Of a stretch of DNA of 64,000 nt, positions 60,585 through 64,000 are shown one piece after another (positions within the stretch are counted from its first letter, which is position 1; every line of letters starts with the position of its first letter). Position numbers and translations under genes: made by a program. The notes beneath the pieces are model-generated. The model searched no databases and was not told the DNA's origin. It saw nothing but the letters and a program-made list of their open reading frames with translations. This stretch comes from an uncultured delta proteobacterium (GTDB taxonomy: Bacteria > Desulfobacterota > Binatia > UBA9968), in assembly GCA_963816145.1 (NCBI GenBank), contig CAWFJP010000031.1, positions 416,001 through 480,000 on the forward strand, read 5' to 3'.

Positions 60585-61561
60585 TGCGAAGGATTTACCG
60601 ATTCGGCGTGCTAATGGCGCTGCTGCTGGTTTGCATCGGTGAATCCCGAGCGCAGACCTCCGGCGCGCGCAAGGCACCCATTCGAATCATCTACAGCGCG
60701 CTTACGGCGTCCAACGGGCCGGTTTGGGTTGCGGCGGATCAGGGGCTTTTCGAGAAGTACGGTCTCGATGTCCAGATCGTCCATGGCCGCGGCGCATCGC
60801 CGATTCAAGCGCTGGCCGGCGGTACCGTCGAGTTGGGCCACTTTGCCGGTGCTTCAGTGGTCCAAGCTAATCTTAGCGGCAGCGATCTGGTTTTTGTCGC
60901 GGCGCAGACCAACTACGTCGTGCTATCGATTTGGACGCGCAAGGATTCACCGATTAGAACTCTCGCGGACTTGGCCGGCAAAAGCATCGGCGTGAGCGCG
61001 CCGGGCTCGGCGACACACACGACAACGCGCGCGGCTCTGCGCAGGGCCGGGGTGGCGGACAAGGATATGAAATTTGTCCACCATGGCGCGCTGCCGGAAA
61101 TCTTCGTTTCGTTGGACAAAGGTTTGGTCGATGCCGGCGTCGCTTCGGCGCCGCGGCCGGCTTTCCGTGAACTCGTCGATCTGGCGACACAACGGATTCC
61201 GTTTCTCCAAGGCGCGATCATTGTCAACCGCGGTTATTTGCAGCGCGAACGACCGGTGGTGGTGAATTTCTTGAAAGGGTTCGTTGAAGCGATGAAGCTA
61301 GTGCGGGAAAAGCCGGAGGTGGTGACCGCTTCGCTAGCGAAGCATCTGCGCATCCCGGCGGATATTGCGCGCGGCGCCTATCGGTCGTTTGTCAATGTCT
61401 GGGAGGAAGTGCCTTACGTCAGGGCGGAGTCGGTGCAGGCGATCTTGGATTTTCTGCCGAAGGAACAGGTTAAAGACATCACGCCGGAAAAGTATATCGA
61501 CAACAGTTTGATCAAAGAGTTGGAAGCTTCGGGTTTTGTCAAGAATCTCTCTCGCAGGTAA
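60581..61561 (+). CDS. ABC substrate-binding protein, NMT1/SsuA family
   Basis: Signal peptide from MMRRIY, GLFEKYGLDV, DLAGKSIG. Confidence 0.87.
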   Translation: MMRRIYRFGVLMALLLVCIGESRAQTSGARKAPIRIIYSALTASNGPVWVAADQGLFEKYGLDVQIVHGRGASPIQALAGGTVELGHFAGASVVQANLSGSDLVFVAAQTNYVVLSIWTRKDSPIRTLADLAGKSIGVSAPGSATHTTTRAALRRAGVADKDMKFVHHGALPEIFVSLDKGLVDAGVASAPRPAFRELVDLATQRIPFLQGAIIVNRGYLQRERPVVVNFLKGFVEAMKLVREKPEVVTASLAKHLRIPADIARGAYRSFVNVWEEVPYVRAESVQAILDFLPKEQVKDITPEKYIDNSLIKELEASGFVKNLSRR

Positions 61562-61569
61562 TTCTTCGT

Positions 61570-62649
61570 TCAGTACGGTTCGAAGTTGCGCAACACTGGC
61601 AGGACTTCGCTGCCGAACAGCTTGATCGAGCGTATTAAATCTTCTTCGACGATGGCGCCGATGTTGAACTCGGCCATGACGGTGTTGAACACGCCCTCGC
61701 TGGCGGCTTGCTTGATCTGTTCGATGACAGTTTTGGGCGAGCCGACAAAGGCTAAGTTGTGTTCGCGCAAATATTCGACGTCGATCGAGTGGCGCGCGAT
61801 TTCGGCGCCGCGGGGGTTGCCGCGTTTCTCATGGTTCTCGGCAAGCCGCTGGTAGCCGATGCCACCCTCGGCCCGGGTGCCAAAGACGTTGGTGAAGCAA
61901 TGTTCGAAATAGGGTTTTGCTTTAGCCACCGCTTTGGCGTCGGTCTCGTCGACGTAAACTAACACCCAGTAACCGATATTCGGCTTGCCCGTGTGGCCGG
62001 CGTCACGCCATAAACGCAAATATTCGCGATAGCGCGGCGCAACCTCGTCGCGCGGCACCAAAAAAAGATACCCCGTATGGACTCCTTCGCGGGCGAGGAG
62101 CGCCAGGGTGTCAGCGTCGCGCGAATGAATCCAAATCGGCGGATGGGGCTGCTGGAGCGGCTTAACGCCGAGCGTGACACTTTGATAATGATGAAATTCC
62201 CCGTTGAAGCTGAACGGCCCTTGGCTCGACAGCGCTTGTTTGATGCAGAGCAGCGCTTCGTGAGTGAGCGCGCGGCGATTGTTAAAATCAGCGCCGTAGG
62301 GTCCGAAGAAATCCGGGACGATGCCTGAAACTAAGCCGAGTTCGAAGCGGCCGTTGGCGAGGTTGTCCAACACTGCCGCATCCTCGACGATTCGCAACGG
62401 ATCGTAGAGCGGCACGACATTACCCATGGTACCGACGCGCAGCCGTCGGGTATGGGCGGCCGCCGCGGCGCAGTAAATCGACGGCGACGGCATCCAGCTT
62501 TCGCGCGGATTGAAGTGATGCTCGACGCAAAATCCAAAGTCAAAGCCCAAGTCGTCGCATGCCGTCAGTTCGCGCCAGAGTTGCTCATAGCGATCCGCGA
62601 CGGTGATGCCGGGCTTATTCCAAACATGGGAGAAATGAGCAAATTTCAT
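61570..62649 (-). CDS. LLM-class flavin-dependent oxidoreductase
   Basis: EHHF, NGRFELG, PLQQPHPPIW. Confidence 0.9.
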   Translation of the reverse strand: MKFAHFSHVWNKPGITVADRYEQLWRELTACDDLGFDFGFCVEHHFNPRESWMPSPSIYCAAAAAHTRRLRVGTMGNVVPLYDPLRIVEDAAVLDNLANGRFELGLVSGIVPDFFGPYGADFNNRRALTHEALLCIKQALSSQGPFSFNGEFHHYQSVTLGVKPLQQPHPPIWIHSRDADTLALLAREGVHTGYLFLVPRDEVAPRYREYLRLWRDAGHTGKPNIGYWVLVYVDETDAKAVAKAKPYFEHCFTNVFGTRAEGGIGYQRLAENHEKRGNPRGAEIARHSIDVEYLREHNLAFVGSPKTVIEQIKQAASEGVFNTVMAEFNIGAIVEEDLIRSIKLFGSEVLPVLRNFEPY

Positions 62650-62702
62650 GGCACTCGCTGGTGTCCTGGCCCAGAAATACGTTTACTAAAAAGCTCAGAG
62701 CC

Positions 62703-62790
62703 TCCCCCTTTGAAAAAGGGGGACAGAGGGGGATTTGTAGTGTGTGCGCGCAAGAAAATCCCCCCTTGCCCCCCTTTTCTAAAGGGGGGA
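62703..62790. repeat. REP-like CCCCCTTT-AAAGGGGG palindrome pair
   Basis: Family of 15858..15933. Confidence 0.75.
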
Positions 62791-62873
62791 TCGTCTGAAC
62801 CGATACGGTTTTTCTCAACCAACTTCCGGGCCATGATAATAGGATATCTGTGGCGTTGCCTTGGGAAATTCGC

Positions 62874-63878
62874 TCAACGTTTCTTATAGAGGCCATCCGT
62901 ATAGCCGCTCAGATCCAATTCCTTCACGAAGCTTGCGTCGAAATAGTCCTCGGGATTGTGCGATTTGGCTTTCGGTTCAGAGGCGAGGATAGTTTTCAGA
63001 CCTTCGACCGACGGATACTGCTTTCTCGGCAGTACCGATTCACTGATCAAATTTTCCCAGGTCTTTTCTAAGACATCGCGATCGACCGTACGGCCAATGA
63101 ATCGCCCCAACGCCCGGATGGCGCTTTCTTTGTCGGTGTAAATGCGATGGACAGCCTCGATCTGTGATTTCACATAGCGCCTAACGATATCGCGATTTTC
63201 TCGAATATATTTTTTGGTCGTGGCGACAGCGGTGTGTTGGTAGACTAGTCCAAGCTTGGGCAGATCGGCGAGAGTGTTCATGCCGCGCTTTTGCGCGATA
63301 ATACTGGCCGGCGGATTTACCACGGTTGCTTGCACGCGTCCGGCGAGCACCGCGTCGACGCGCGCCGTGGTGCTGCCGATTTGCACGATGGTAACGTCCT
63401 TGCCGGGCGTCAAGCCAATCTTCGTCAGCGCGTAACGGGCGATAAAGTCAGATGACGAGCCGAACCGGCTGATCGCGACCGAGCCGCCCTTTAACTGCTC
63501 GGGAGTTTTTATTTCCGGCCGGCTTAACAGGTAGTAGTTCAACGAAATTACGCCGCCGGCGACGATTGTCGCATCCGAACCCGCCATGACTGAGTTCACG
63601 ACCGCCGGCCCGGCCAACTGCGCGATCGGCGTGTCGGCTGAGACCAGCGCCATGATCGCCGTCGTGCCGCCGGTGAAGAAAACCGGCTGAACGTCGAGGC
63701 CGTTCTTTTCGAAGATGCCGGCGTCCTTGGCGAGCCACGCCGGCAAAGCGTCACCGCTAATGGCGCTGTAGCCGACATTGAGTTTCGTCAGCTGCGCCCG
63801 CGCCGATTGCGATGAAACGACGAGCAGCACGACGTTAAGAATTATTCCGGCAAAGTGTTTCGTTTTTAGCATAAACAA
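62874..63878 (-). CDS. ABC substrate-binding protein, NMT1/SsuA family
   Basis: Signal peptide, GIFEKNGLDV, QLKG. Confidence 0.87.
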   Translation of the reverse strand: MFMLKTKHFAGIILNVVLLVVSSQSARAQLTKLNVGYSAISGDALPAWLAKDAGIFEKNGLDVQPVFFTGGTTAIMALVSADTPIAQLAGPAVVNSVMAGSDATIVAGGVISLNYYLLSRPEIKTPEQLKGGSVAISRFGSSSDFIARYALTKIGLTPGKDVTIVQIGSTTARVDAVLAGRVQATVVNPPASIIAQKRGMNTLADLPKLGLVYQHTAVATTKKYIRENRDIVRRYVKSQIEAVHRIYTDKESAIRALGRFIGRTVDRDVLEKTWENLISESVLPRKQYPSVEGLKTILASEPKAKSHNPEDYFDASFVKELDLSGYTDGLYKKR

Positions 63879-63935
63879 TCCCAGACGCTTTAGTCGCGAT
63901 TCGCCAATTCGATAGCGGTTATGAAAAGAACTTGT

Positions 63936-64000
63936 TTAATAGCCGTATTTCTTTTCCAGCTCTTTGAGCTCGGCGTTACCCATGTTCGCGTACCATTTGC
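63936..64000 (-). CDS. C-terminus of a gene extending beyond the window
   Basis: QMVREHGNAELKELEKKYGY then TAA. Confidence 0.4.
   Translation of the reverse strand, partial: KWYANMGNAELKELEKKYGY

Overview
GC-rich bacterial chromosome segment. The gene content (many NMT1/SsuA-type and other ABC substrate-binding proteins, luciferase-like monooxygenases, amidohydrolases, VOC proteins, hydantoinases, a Rieske dioxygenase) resembles Candidatus Binatia (former Deltaproteobacteria); that assignment is inference only. About nine single-base frameshifts in otherwise intact genes suggest long-read assembly errors. Most notable: (1) a GrdE/GrdB glycine-reductase-type pair with an in-frame UGA (selenocysteine) and a SECIS-like hairpin, but a UxxSxxS motif in place of UxxCxxC and no adjacent GrdA/C/D; (2) four-helix-bundle (IVP/Avd-like) genes bracketed by inverted 7-bp tandem-repeat arms, plus gene-less copies of the same arms; (3) an ~8 kb integrase-less island bounded by 94-bp direct repeats that duplicate the 3' end of an SBP gene, with an RHS/YD fragment at one edge; (4) a lower-GC run of HEPN-like, Zn-ribbon and GIY-YIG genes with a 75-bp intergenic repeat; (5) a truncated rtcB before an intact rtcA; (6) about ten families of REP-like palindromes. 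No rRNA, tRNA, CRISPR array, integrase or transposase was seen.
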